Shown here: piece after piece, positions 1 through 8,736 of the stretch
Numbering within the stretch: the first letter of the stretch is position 1
How the letters are laid out: each line of letters begins with the position of its first letter
Origin: a virus
Length of the DNA stretch: 45,441 nucleotides
Virus record (IMG/VR): IMGVR_UViG_3300029427_000006
Strand: one strand, 5' to 3'
Translations under genes and position numbers: made by a program
The notes under the pieces: generated by a model
What the model was told of the DNA's origin: nothing
The model's input: the letters and a program-made list of their open reading frames with translations, nothing else
Databases searched by the model: none

Positions 1-123
1 CCGTCGATGTAGTGCGGCTCTGGGAGGCTCTTGCAGTAAATCCGCGTGCAGAACTCGTCATCGGATATCGAGACGCTGACGCTTTCGAGGTTTCGGCTCA
101 GCCGCCCCTCACAGCTCGCGGTT
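1..123. repeat. Terminal overlap, copy 1 (identical to 45319-45441); circular-assembly signature
   Basis: Exact 123-nt match read directly at both window ends. Confidence 0.95.
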
Positions 124-662
124 GTTTCGACCGATACGACGTTCACCCGCCACGGGAAGCCGTGCGTGTCGTCAAATTCAAGCGCGTAGCCGTCTTTCTC
201 GTCGCCGACCACTTCCGTCATCGCCGACAGGATGTTGTTGCAGTCATACGCATATTCGATGCTCGCGCTTTTCGCGCACGTGCCGAGAACCCAAGGCTTT
301 TGACCGTTTATGAGCGTCGTCTGGTTTGCCAGCATCGCCGTCAGTACTTCGGCGCATGTTCCACTGTACTTCCCCTCGCCGGGAATGATCGCATCGCCGA
401 GAATTGCCGCGCTGTGCTCTAGGTCAACGTCGCCCGTGATGACATAGCACTCAGACGCGCCAGACACGCGGTAGAAGCCCGCGCTGCCGTCGATGGTATA
501 AAGTTCCACCCATGCATGGAAAGGCGCTCCCTCGCCCGGAGGAAGCGTCATGGAAGCATCATGCGGCGGTACAAGCCGCTCGTTGATAGACAGCGTAACA
601 GGATGGAGGCGGCACACCTCGCGGAGCTGCGCGTCAAGCAGACGCGGAAGCCTTACGCTCAT
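1..662 (-). CDS. Tail-associated protein (Tal / prophage-tail-endopeptidase-like), N-terminal part; continues across the circle junction into 44016..45318
   Basis: ATG at 662 overlaps the Dit stop (ATGA). The frame is open to base 1 (MSVRLPRLLDAQLREV...PHYIDGPTVGVWGIITK) and joins ORF 44016..45305 in frame. It follows TMP and Dit. Confidence 0.75.
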   Translation of the reverse strand, partial: MSVRLPRLLDAQLREVCRLHPVTLSINERLVPPHDASMTLPPGEGAPFHAWVELYTIDGSAGFYRVSGASECYVITGDVDLEHSAAILGDAIIPGEGKYSGTCAEVLTAMLANQTTLINGQKPWVLGTCAKSASIEYAYDCNNILSAMTEVVGDEKDGYALEFDDTHGFPWRVNVVSVETTASCEGRLSRNLESVSVSISDDEFCTRIYCKSLPEPHYID

Positions 663-1429
663 GTGTAATACCCCCTCACGCCGAATCTCGTCTTTGCTTT
701 TCCGTCTGTGGAGACGGACAGCTTGCCAAGCTTCCCGGCTTCAAGCCGCAGCTCGTCGCTCGATTCTGCCGTTCGCTTGCTCAGCACGCTTTTGTTCCCG
801 ATTCGCGCGTAAAAAACGCCGTGCTCGTCCGTTCCGACTTCCAGCACCGAGCCGGAAGGGAGCACAAGCCCGGAGAAGTGCAGCGCGGTTTGTCCGGCTG
901 TCAGGTTTACGGTCGTGATCGCGCCCGTTCCGGCGTTGGTCACGCTTGCCCACACGCGGGAATCGTCCGCAAAGCCCGGCGCAATCATTTGAGCCTCGCC
1001 GTTCCCGTCAACCGTCGCGTTTCGCGGGTATTCGCTTTCCCAGAAGGGGATCTCAAAAGCCGTAAACGTCGCCGTCAGGCTGTTTGTCCAGCGCAGAGCG
1101 GAGAAGTTCGGCAACGTCTCACAGATGACGTGCAGCCGCCTTTCGGGTCGGTCGTTCGTCGTCAGAACGCCGCCGAGAATCGCCCACTCCGTCACTTTCT
1201 CCGCGATGAGGGCGCGGCGAACGGTGTTCTGCTCGTGGATTTCAAATTTCACTTCGACGCTCAGGCTGTTCGTCGTGCGCTTCGTGATTCGCTGCCCGCT
1301 TCGGCCTGCAAGCGGTGTCGTCACAAGATCGCGCACGGGCGAAACGGTGCTCACGTCAAGCACATAAATTTCCGGGTCGATGCTCGACAAATCAATGCCG
1401 TTCAGTCGGCAGGCGTATCTCGTCATCAT
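659..1429 (-). CDS. Distal tail protein (Dit-like phage tail family protein)
   Basis: 256 aa immediately after the tape measure gene. Start overlaps the TMP stop (ATGATGA). Position and size are typical of siphovirus Dit. Confidence 0.7.
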   Translation of the reverse strand: MMTRYACRLNGIDLSSIDPEIYVLDVSTVSPVRDLVTTPLAGRSGQRITKRTTNSLSVEVKFEIHEQNTVRRALIAEKVTEWAILGGVLTTNDRPERRLHVICETLPNFSALRWTNSLTATFTAFEIPFWESEYPRNATVDGNGEAQMIAPGFADDSRVWASVTNAGTGAITTVNLTAGQTALHFSGLVLPSGSVLEVGTDEHGVFYARIGNKSVLSKRTAESSDELRLEAGKLGKLSVSTDGKAKTRFGVRGYYT

Positions 1430-3372
1430 ACGTTTGCATACCTCATAGCTCTTGCGCCCTTGGCAATGTTGCGGCTCACGCGCTGCGTCACAAGATCGCC
1501 TACTCTATCCGCGCCCATGTACACGCCCACGCCGTCAAGCGCTTCGCGTACAGCGACGGCGACGGCTTGGCTGATGCTCTCCGCGCTGATACCGCCGACA
1601 TTCCCGGCGCGGTAGGCCGTCGCGTCTGCGCGGTTCAGAACGGCTTCGCCTGCATGTAGGATTGCCGGGAAGTCATTATATGGAACATAGTCAAGGCCGG
1701 TTGCCTTGCGCGGAGTTCCCGTATTGTGCCAGTTATTTCCGTATGGATTATTAGGGTTGCTGTCTCTCTCTTCAGTGTCCAGTCCCAAAAAGGTCTGAAC
1801 CTTTTCAATAGCCGTTCCGGCTTTGGAAATCACGTTGTCAAACCATCCAGAAATACTCTCAAGGATTCCGCTGATCGGATCAGAGAAGGTCGCGTTAAAG
1901 AAATTAGCTGCGTTAGTCAGCGCATCGTGCGCCCAGTCATAAACAGATTTAAAAGCGTCAGCCACGCTTTGGACGATATCCTTAAGGCTAACGTCAAACT
2001 GCGCCTTGAAAAAATCGTCAACTGCCGTCAGTGCGTTGCTTGCCATGGTTTGAATGGATTCAAACCATCCGGCAATCCCGGACACGATATTTGTCAGCGC
2101 GTCGGCAACCTCAGTTCCGAAGAAGTTCTTTACCGCTTCCAGCGCTTTTCCAGCCCATTCTTTAATATCTTTCCAGTGAGTGACAATCGCTCCAACCGCC
2201 AAGCCGACAAGGACAAGAGGCGATTTCATGGCAATCCACGCGGTAACAATGCCGCCAAGAACAGTCCCCGCCGTTTGAAAAAGAGGATCATCAACAAAGG
2301 CACTGAAATCCTCAAGAAATCCCTCTACGTTTTCGGCTGTCTCCTTGTCAAAGCCGTTGAAAAGCAGCTCCAAGAAGTCCACAACGCCCGTGAAGATCAT
2401 GCTTGCAATGTTTCCAAACGAGCTGGCAATATCAAAGAGCGCCTGCGCGGTGTCGCTCGGCTCTTCTTCGCCGCTGCTCCACGCCAGAATTTTGTCCAGC
2501 AGATCAATAACGCCGTCAAAGACATATCCGGCCATATCGCCGAGGCTTGACGCAAGCATGCCAAGACGCATCTGCACGGTTTCGTCGGACAGAAACTCGC
2601 TCAGCTTTTGCACGACTGGCGTTAGTGATTCGTAAAACGGAGCTCCCACAACGGCCAGAACATCCTTCCAAACGCGCTGCAAGTTTCCGACGACGTTCAC
2701 CCAGCCGTCCATTTCACGCGCTGCTTGACCGGTTGCGCCGCTCTGGTCGTAGATTTCTTGCGCAACGTTGAGCATGAGGTTCTGTTTCTGCGCTTCGGTT
2801 AGATTCGTCCATTTCGTGCCGTACAGCTCGACGGCTTTAGAGTTTCGCTGACTCTCCGACGTAAAAAGGCCGATCGCGTCGCCCGCCTCAGTGTTGCCAC
2901 GCAGGAAAGAGCGCAAGCGCACGTCTGCATCCTCAAGGCTGATGTCGTAGTATGCCGCCGCGTCAGCCGCGATGCGGGTATACTCATCCATCATCGAGAG
3001 CGCCCCAGCCGCGTCAATGCCTGCACCCTTGAACTGGCTAAACGCTTTGGTGCCGACCTGCTGCAAGCGCGTTGCAAGGATGCCCGTGTCATTGCTGACG
3101 CTGGCGAGAACGCCGTTCGCGGCTTCCTCGATGCCTTCAAAGGTCGCTGCAAACTGCGCCTTTTCTGCCGCCACATCGGCTGCGGCTGTGACCGCATCCT
3201 TGGCAAAGTCCGCGATCGTCGAAAATGCTCGCTTTACGCCGTCTGCAATCAACTGCGCCTTTGCAACCATCCACGTATCGAGCTTTTCAAAGCCTTGCTT
3301 CGCGCCCTTGATTCCCTGCTCGTATTCTTTAGAATTAAGGCCGATCTTGGCTACAAGCGTAAACAAATCCAT
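1426..3372 (-). CDS. Tail tape measure protein
   Basis: 648 aa, Ala/Gly-rich and helical in composition. It sits directly downstream of the frameshifted chaperone pair. RBS GAGGAGGGG. Confidence 0.85.
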   Translation of the reverse strand: MDLFTLVAKIGLNSKEYEQGIKGAKQGFEKLDTWMVAKAQLIADGVKRAFSTIADFAKDAVTAAADVAAEKAQFAATFEGIEEAANGVLASVSNDTGILATRLQQVGTKAFSQFKGAGIDAAGALSMMDEYTRIAADAAAYYDISLEDADVRLRSFLRGNTEAGDAIGLFTSESQRNSKAVELYGTKWTNLTEAQKQNLMLNVAQEIYDQSGATGQAAREMDGWVNVVGNLQRVWKDVLAVVGAPFYESLTPVVQKLSEFLSDETVQMRLGMLASSLGDMAGYVFDGVIDLLDKILAWSSGEEEPSDTAQALFDIASSFGNIASMIFTGVVDFLELLFNGFDKETAENVEGFLEDFSAFVDDPLFQTAGTVLGGIVTAWIAMKSPLVLVGLAVGAIVTHWKDIKEWAGKALEAVKNFFGTEVADALTNIVSGIAGWFESIQTMASNALTAVDDFFKAQFDVSLKDIVQSVADAFKSVYDWAHDALTNAANFFNATFSDPISGILESISGWFDNVISKAGTAIEKVQTFLGLDTEERDSNPNNPYGNNWHNTGTPRKATGLDYVPYNDFPAILHAGEAVLNRADATAYRAGNVGGISAESISQAVAVAVREALDGVGVYMGADRVGDLVTQRVSRNIAKGARAMRYANV

Positions 3373-3375
3373 GCT

Positions 3376-3675
3376 TTACCCCTCCTCTCTTGCTTTTTTT
3401 CTTCTCTCGTGCTCGGCGATCAGATCGTCAATAATCTCCTGACCCGTTCGGTTATCCTGCTCCACCAGCCCGACAAACTCCTCATAGCTCACGGGTTCGC
3501 TCCCCATCGCCTGACAAATGGCGGAAAGCATCTTCGCGCTGTACACGTCGCCCAGCCATTTTTGACGATCATCTGCCAAAAGATCGGAGAGTGCCGCGAT
3601 TGTCGGCGGTGCTCCGTGCCTGTAAATCGCCGCCGTTACAGCTTTCCGACCGTATGCACGGACGACGTAAAAAAA
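3376..3675 (-). CDS. Tail assembly chaperone, -1 frameshift extension (gpT-like part of a G/GT pair)
   Basis: The -1 frame is open from the T7 slippery run to the stop at 3376 (YVVRAYGRKAVTAAIYRHG...ADDRQKWLGDVY...). Confidence 0.6.
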   Translation of the reverse strand, partial: FFYVVRAYGRKAVTAAIYRHGAPPTIAALSDLLADDRQKWLGDVYSAKMLSAICQAMGSEPVSYEEFVGLVEQDNRTGQEIIDDLIAEHERRKKAREEG

Positions 3676-4001
3676 TCCATCAGATCGGGGTCTGCGAGTG
3701 CGTTTTTCAGCTCCTTGATGGTCTGCATGCCCTTCTGACTGCGGATTTCATCAACGGTTTTGTCATTGATTGCCGCCAGAATCGCGAACGTGTCCTCCCG
3801 ATGATCGCCAAGCAACAGAGGAACATACTTTCCAATCATCGCAGATGCCTTCTGAATGTTGTTCATGTTGTCTTTGCTCATATCGGCGATTTCTTGGAAT
3901 ACTGCCGTCGTCTTCTTGTCAAAGCCGATCCGTTCAATCGGCTCCGCGATTTTGCAGAGGCAGACAGATAGCTCTTCGCCGTTCATTTCCGAAAGTTTCA
4001 T
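3636..4001 (-). CDS. Tail assembly chaperone (gpG-like)
   Basis: 121 aa, acidic, located between the major tail and tape measure genes, with a slippery site near its 3' end. Confidence 0.7.
   Translation of the reverse strand: MKLSEMNGEELSVCLCKIAEPIERIGFDKKTTAVFQEIADMSKDNMNNIQKASAMIGKYVPLLLGDHREDTFAILAAINDKTVDEIRSQKGMQTIKELKNALADPDLMDFFTSSVHTVGKL
3669..3675 (-). promoter_or_regulatory. Slippery heptamer T_TTT_TTT for programmed -1 frameshift
   Basis: GAT TTT TTT ACG lies in the zero frame about 12 codons before the chaperone stop, and the downstream ORF is in the -1 frame. Confidence 0.6.
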
Positions 4002-4012
4002 CTTCTCACCTC

Positions 4013-4048
4013 AAAAAAAGAAAAGCGCCGAAGGCAAAGCCCCCGGCG
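4013..4048 (-). terminator. Possible attenuator hairpin after the major tail gene
   Basis: Minus strand reads cgccgggggctttgccttcggcg followed by cttttcttttttt. Confidence 0.35.
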
Positions 4049-4053
4049 TGTTG

Positions 4054-4680
4054 TTACTGCGCCGCTTCGTCGAAGAAGTAGATCGCGCAAGGCGCGTACT
4101 CGTTATTCTCCACGGTGTCCTGATAAGCGTGGAACTCGACCGGGAGCGTACCCTCACCCTTATCGCTGAAAGTCAGTGTCACGCCCGTGTTGTTCAGCGC
4201 ATTGTCAAGCACAATGGCGACAAATCCCTTGGACGTGTTGCCAAACCAGACAAGATTCTGGATATAGTCTCCGTCTTCAATGTTGGTTCGCAGCTTGATT
4301 GTGGTCTTTTTGCCAGCCGTAAAAGACTTGTCCTCGGTCTTCTCAGCCGTGCCGAGTGCAAGCACGAAGTTATCCGGCGTGATCTCCATAAGCGTCGCGG
4401 TCAGCTTGATATCCCAAGTATCAATGACCGTACTGCCTTTGAACTCATACCGCTTTCCGTCCGCCTCGATGCTGCGCATGGTTGGCGTTGCGGTAAATGT
4501 GCCACCGCCTCGCGTCGCGCCCAGCGCCTTTGTGCCGTCCTTAATGGCGCCAAAAAGGGCTTCTTCGAGCGCGCTGTATTCGGTGTAGGTGCTCAGGTCA
4601 AAATTTTTGAGAAAAGCGCCCGCGTTGAGCTGCAACCGCTCAAACGTCTGCGGCCTGACAGCCGTTACAGGTTTGCCCAT
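4054..4680 (-). CDS. Major tail protein
   Basis: 208 aa. LQLNAGAFLKNFD and ATRGGGTFTATP motifs are typical of Firmicutes siphovirus major tail proteins. Position is upstream of the chaperones. Confidence 0.8.
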   Translation of the reverse strand: MGKPVTAVRPQTFERLQLNAGAFLKNFDLSTYTEYSALEEALFGAIKDGTKALGATRGGGTFTATPTMRSIEADGKRYEFKGSTVIDTWDIKLTATLMEITPDNFVLALGTAEKTEDKSFTAGKKTTIKLRTNIEDGDYIQNLVWFGNTSKGFVAIVLDNALNNTGVTLTFSDKGEGTLPVEFHAYQDTVENNEYAPCAIYFFDEAAQ

Positions 4681-4685
4681 TTATT

Positions 4686-5099
4686 TCACCTCGATTGATA
4701 CGAATTGATTTGAAAATTGAGATACGCGACTTTGATTTCCGGGTTTGCGATGGGCTGATACTGCACCAGCGGGTCAGCTGGGCGAATGGCGACATAGCCG
4801 TTCGCCGTCGGAAGCATGAGCAGCTCGCCCACTGCCCTTGTGATCTCGTCAACCTTGGCGCATATGCCCTTGTAGCTTTCCGACCGATACCACACACGCG
4901 CCTGATGGCTTGCAGCGTTTCGCCAGTCCGGCTCAATGACGGTGTAGGTGATGTATGGGAGTTTCGCGTTCTCCGGCACATTGCTTTCTGGGTATGCGTC
5001 AAGATCGAACCCGGAATAAAAGCTATATAGCGCCTTTGCCGTCTCGGTCATTAGCGCCTTTGCCGTCTCGGTCATTAGCGCCTTTGCCGTCTCGGTCAT
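4686..5099 (-). CDS. Tail terminator/completion-like protein (DUF3168-like) with triplicated N-terminal octapeptide
   Basis: MTETAKAL x3 is followed by YSFYSGFDLDAYPESNVPENAKLPYITYT. The first ATG overlaps the upstream stop (ATGA). Confidence 0.5.
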   Translation of the reverse strand: MTETAKALMTETAKALMTETAKALYSFYSGFDLDAYPESNVPENAKLPYITYTVIEPDWRNAASHQARVWYRSESYKGICAKVDEITRAVGELLMLPTANGYVAIRPADPLVQYQPIANPEIKVAYLNFQINSYQSR

Positions 5100-5102
5100 G
5101 TC
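5031..5102. repeat. 24-bp tandem repeat x3 covering the start-codon region
   Basis: cgcctttgccgtctcggtcattag occurs three times head to tail; the last copy ends catgtc. Confidence 0.9.
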
Positions 5103-5455
5103 GGAAGCTCCCACCTCTCAGCCGTCACTTGCTCAAAGTCAAACGTTGCCACGTCGGGTGGTCTGCTGTCGGTGTAGTCGCTTGTCACGCGGAATATTGC
5201 TCCGTCAGAAACGCGGCGGAAAACCTCGTGATACTCAAGCGCAACGCCTCGCGCCGTCGTGATGGTGTAGACGCTGGAAACGCCCTGCTTCTCGGCGACA
5301 CGCGCTTGCAGGCTCTGATCTTTGACAATCGCCGCGTCGAACTCGTCGCCGTCCGCCCAGCTCGTTTCAAAGCCACCAAGCCCGTCAGGGACGCGCTTTT
5401 TTTCCAACATCACGCACGGCTGGGAAAATTTCTCGATCAGCTCTGCGTTAATCAT
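5096..5455 (-). CDS. Head closure / head-tail adaptor protein (SPP1 gp16-like)
   Basis: 119 aa in the connector block. Call is based on position and size. Confidence 0.5.
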   Translation of the reverse strand: MINAELIEKFSQPCVMLEKKRVPDGLGGFETSWADGDEFDAAIVKDQSLQARVAEKQGVSSVYTITTARGVALEYHEVFRRVSDGAIFRVTSDYTDSRPPDVATFDFEQVTAERWELPT

Positions 5456-5861
5456 CGCTTATCCTCCGATAAGGGGCAAGGCGGGAGGCAAAAGCCCCCT
5501 GCCAGCCCATCGGCGCACCAGTCGTGCCGGATGCGCGGGAGTAACTGTAGCCGCCGAAACTCTCGGAAACCTTGTCGGTTACCGGATTCTTCTCCGTGTA
5601 CGCGGCGATTTCTTCCGCAAGCTCTTTGACGCTTTTCGGGATTGCCAGCGCCCAGATTTCGCCCTCGAAGGTTTCATCTGCCAGCGTCTCGCCGCTCTGA
5701 TAGACGTGCAGCCCGTCGGAAAACACGCTGCCCTTAATGCGGTAATACTGTCCCGGTTTTAAAAAGTCAACGTCAGGGATGCCGGAAGCGATGGTGAACG
5801 TCCCAGCGTCACACCTGACGGGAAACCAGTTATGCAGATACGTCAAAACCGCTTCAAGCAT
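5448..5861 (-). CDS. Head-tail connector protein (gp6/gp15-like)
   Basis: 137 aa, N-terminus MLEAVLTYLHNWF, translationally coupled to its neighbours. Confidence 0.5.
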   Translation of the reverse strand: MLEAVLTYLHNWFPVRCDAGTFTIASGIPDVDFLKPGQYYRIKGSVFSDGLHVYQSGETLADETFEGEIWALAIPKSVKELAEEIAAYTEKNPVTDKVSESFGGYSYSRASGTTGAPMGWQGAFASRLAPYRRISDD

Positions 5862-5979
5862 TGGTTTGCTCCGTTTCTGCGGCTTTGATCGCCGCCACGA
5901 TATCCGCCTTGTTCATCGAGCTGCCGACACCCTCAACGCCCTTCTCGGCGGCATACGCCAGCAATTCAGCCTTTGTCAT
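5854..5979 (-). CDS. Small 41-aa protein (possible HeH/Rho-N-like helix pair)
   Basis: MTKAELLAYAAEKGVEGVGSSMNKADIVAAIKAAE. Its stop overlaps the next start. The RBS is weak, and the longer tracked ORF would overlap the capsid gene. Confidence 0.35.
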   Translation of the reverse strand: MTKAELLAYAAEKGVEGVGSSMNKADIVAAIKAAETEQTNA

Positions 5980-6026
5980 GCCGCCAAGATTGGCGCTTCG
6001 AAGCGTAGGCGTTTCGGACAGCTCCG

Positions 6027-7091
6027 TTATTCCCCCGTCACAGACGCGATATACAGGCTGTTCGGATTGTAAAGCATCGGCATAAAGAGCGCGCTTGCCT
6101 TTGTCCACAGAACAGCCGGATCTTTCTCCATCCACTGCGAAACGTAGACATACGGGCTTACGCCGCTCGCTCCGACCTGCATAAACGCACCCGCGTCAGT
6201 CTCCGGCGGATCGCCCCACAGACCCTCGCCCAGGCGACCAGAAGGATTCGCCGCGAAGAGCGTGATCTTATCTTTCGGATAGTAGCGCTTCGTCGTTCTG
6301 TTCGGGCGGCCATTCGTGCCGACGCCATTTTCAACCGCATAGGTCAAATCGTTTGCGATAACGCGCTGAATGCCAAACTCCTCATTGAGATAGGCGTTGA
6401 AAGCGTCTGCGCGGACAAGCGCGCCAGCGCCAACGTTGCCGTTCACAGCCTTCTGAATCGCCGCATTGCTGCGCATTTTGGTGATGTTCGCCTTGCTGGT
6501 GTAAATGCCAGTCAGCGTCACGCCATTGTCGGTTGCCTCATCGATCAGCGCTTGCAGCAGCTTCGGCACGTTAGCGCTCTCGGACAGATCAAGCGTCTTG
6601 GAGGTCTGCCCAGACGGAACGCCGTAATCAACGGTCAGGTCGAGGTTATTCTCCTTGATCGTCACCTTGCCCGTCGCCAGCAGCTCGTTCTTGGCAACCT
6701 TCGTGCGCGTCACGACCTGCTCCGACAGGTTGATGCCATCGCGGATGACATAATCGTACATGTCATTCTGCTGCACGCCGCTTCGCAGAAGAGCGCGCAT
6801 GCGCTCGGACTGATTGATTTTGACCTTAATCAGACCCTTTTCGATGTTGTGCGTATCAACCGGAACGCGGAAGGTCGTTCGCGCTTCGGTATCAAAGCCG
6901 TGGAACTGCGCCATGACGGGGATCTGATACTGCGCCGCGATGCTCTGCCAGTAGGCTACCAGATTCGCGGTTCGCGTGTCGCCGAACAGACCGTCAATCG
7001 GGTCGTTCGGGCGGGCAACCTGGAACGGGATGTTCAGCCAGTCTTTCTGCGGGATAAAACCCAGGATGTTGTTTTCAAACATTTCAGCCAT
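6027..7091 (-). CDS. Major capsid protein
   Basis: 354 aa following the scaffold and decoration-like genes. Size, position and N-terminus MAEMFENNILGF resemble capsid-E-type proteins. Confidence 0.8.
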   Translation of the reverse strand: MAEMFENNILGFIPQKDWLNIPFQVARPNDPIDGLFGDTRTANLVAYWQSIAAQYQIPVMAQFHGFDTEARTTFRVPVDTHNIEKGLIKVKINQSERMRALLRSGVQQNDMYDYVIRDGINLSEQVVTRTKVAKNELLATGKVTIKENNLDLTVDYGVPSGQTSKTLDLSESANVPKLLQALIDEATDNGVTLTGIYTSKANITKMRSNAAIQKAVNGNVGAGALVRADAFNAYLNEEFGIQRVIANDLTYAVENGVGTNGRPNRTTKRYYPKDKITLFAANPSGRLGEGLWGDPPETDAGAFMQVGASGVSPYVYVSQWMEKDPAVLWTKASALFMPMLYNPNSLYIASVTGE

Positions 7092-7106
7092 TTTTCTTCA
7101 CCTCTT

Positions 7107-7466
7107 TCAGTACGGGCGCGTGATTGCCGGGGCAGTGGCAACAAAGGTGATGCCTTTCAGCGCCGTCTTTGCAGCCGTATCAACCGCCGGAGAAATCTTG
7201 TCCTCATAGACAGCTCCGCGCGTAACGATAGACCCCGGCATGTCGCCGCTGGACACGTCCACATCCTCATACAGGATGCCGACCGCCGTTGTGTCATTCG
7301 CCGGGATGACAGACCCCGCCGGAACATACTTGCCGCCGTTTGTGGCGGTTTTGACGTTCTCGTGGTCTGCCTTGACCGTGCAAGTCTCCCGCGTTACGTC
7401 TTCACCATGAACCAGAAAATAACCAGGCGCGTAAACCGCGCCGTTTTCAGCTTTGATAAAGCTCAT
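7107..7466 (-). CDS. Head decoration-like protein (DUF2190-like)
   Basis: 119 aa between the scaffold and capsid genes. Call is positional. Confidence 0.4.
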   Translation of the reverse strand: MSFIKAENGAVYAPGYFLVHGEDVTRETCTVKADHENVKTATNGGKYVPAGSVIPANDTTAVGILYEDVDVSSGDMPGSIVTRGAVYEDKISPAVDTAAKTALKGITFVATAPAITRPY

Positions 7467-8044
7467 TTTTTCGCTCCTTCTGCCGCGCCATAAATCGCGG
7501 CGTAATAATCCTTGGCGACCTGTGCCGCGCGGCTGGATGCCCCGCTGCCGCCGTTGTTGTCGGGCGGATTGTCCACATTCGCACCGTGCGTATTGGTGTT
7601 TGGGATGAAATCCGCATAGTCGGTCTGGATGCCCTTCTTCACGCCGTCAGCGTCTTCCAGCTTGCCGTCTTTGACCTTCACGGTGGAAAGATCAGTCAGA
7701 CGTACAATACTGTCAGCTCGCTTTCCAGTGATGCCCAGCGCGTTAAGCTGCTCCCGGTACAGTCGCTCGGCCAGTGCCGCCGATTCTTTGGCGTTCTGAT
7801 CGTTCTTGTACTTCTCGAAAGCCGCGTGTTCGCTGTCATACTTGCTTTTGTAGTCCTCGCCGCCGCCCTTGGCTTTCAGGTCGTCCAACTCCCTCTGAAC
7901 GCCTTCCAGCTTCTCAGCGTCGGCTTTGTAGCCCGCCATCTGGCTTTTCAGCCCGTCGACGGTTTCCGTGTGCGCCTCAACCACGCTGTCAACCTGTTCT
8001 TCGGTCAGACCAAGCGCCTTGAGGAATTTTCTCGTGAATGCCAT
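7463..8044 (-). CDS. Capsid scaffolding protein
   Basis: 193 aa, charged coiled-coil composition (KADAEKLEGVQRELDDLKAK), upstream of the capsid gene. Confidence 0.7.
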   Translation of the reverse strand: MAFTRKFLKALGLTEEQVDSVVEAHTETVDGLKSQMAGYKADAEKLEGVQRELDDLKAKGGGEDYKSKYDSEHAAFEKYKNDQNAKESAALAERLYREQLNALGITGKRADSIVRLTDLSTVKVKDGKLEDADGVKKGIQTDYADFIPNTNTHGANVDNPPDNNGGSGASSRAAQVAKDYYAAIYGAAEGAKK

Positions 8045-8122
8045 GTTTACGCTCCTTTACTTCGGGGGCTGTTCTTTGCCCTTCGCTTTATATGCAAACG
8101 GCGGTACTTTGCCGTTTTTGCC

Positions 8123-8149
8123 AAAAGAAAAACCGCTGCTCTCAGCGGT
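8123..8149 (-). terminator. Rho-independent terminator
   Basis: Minus strand reads accgctg-agag-cagcggt followed by ttttcttttgg. Confidence 0.6.
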
Positions 8150-8312
8150 GCTTGTCAATTTCTCTGTTCGCCTTTGCCCTGATTTTCTCGATCTTCCGCG
8201 CCAGTGCGCGTTGACCTTGCCTTGTGCCGGACGCGGTTTCTCGCGCCTGCTTGATCTCTTTTTGCGCTCTCCGACGGATTTTCTCGCGCCTGAACCACTT
8301 GATAAGTCCCAT
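8142..8312 (-). CDS. Small, highly basic 56-aa protein
   Basis: RBS AGGAGGTTAAA-ATG. Sequence MGLIKWFRREKIRRRAQKEIKQ. The tracked ORF's longer N-terminus overlaps the upstream gene. Confidence 0.45.
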   Translation of the reverse strand: MGLIKWFRREKIRRRAQKEIKQARETASGTRQGQRALARKIEKIRAKANREIDKHR

Positions 8313-8313
8313 T

Positions 8314-8736
8314 TTAACCTCCTGACAGCTCGTCTCGCATGATTTCCTTATACTCTTCTCGGTGATCTTCAATCGCGGGTCTGATATACGGTCTGGGTCT
8401 GACGTAGGATTTACCAACGCCGCTTCCTCGCGTCGTTGCGAACTGCTCCCATTCAGGCGGTGCTTCGAAATGCGGTCCAGTGCCCAGCTCGACATATGGG
8501 GCATATTCGACGTTGCTTCCCACGCTTACCGCATCATCGTCAACCCTGTGCGTGATGCTGTTTCTTAACGTTCCGCCGATGTACCCTTTCTTTCCCGTGC
8601 TTTCAACCGTTCCGACGGGGCACTTGTCTTTCGCGTATCGCTCGGCTTGTTGGCCGATGGTCTCAAGCGCCCGCGCCTTTGCGCGTTCCAGCTCTGCCAG
8701 AAACGCCGCGCTGTTGTCGATCAGATTTCCCGCCAT
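8314..8736 (-). CDS. HK97 gp10-like protein (head-tail joining family) in an unusual position
   Basis: Internal start with RBS GGAAGGAGA. Contains GTLRNSITHRVDDDAVSVGSNVEYAPYVELGTG, which resembles HK97 gp10-family motifs. Confidence 0.55.
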   Translation of the reverse strand: MAGNLIDNSAAFLAELERAKARALETIGQQAERYAKDKCPVGTVESTGKKGYIGGTLRNSITHRVDDDAVSVGSNVEYAPYVELGTGPHFEAPPEWEQFATTRGSGVGKSYVRPRPYIRPAIEDHREEYKEIMRDELSGG

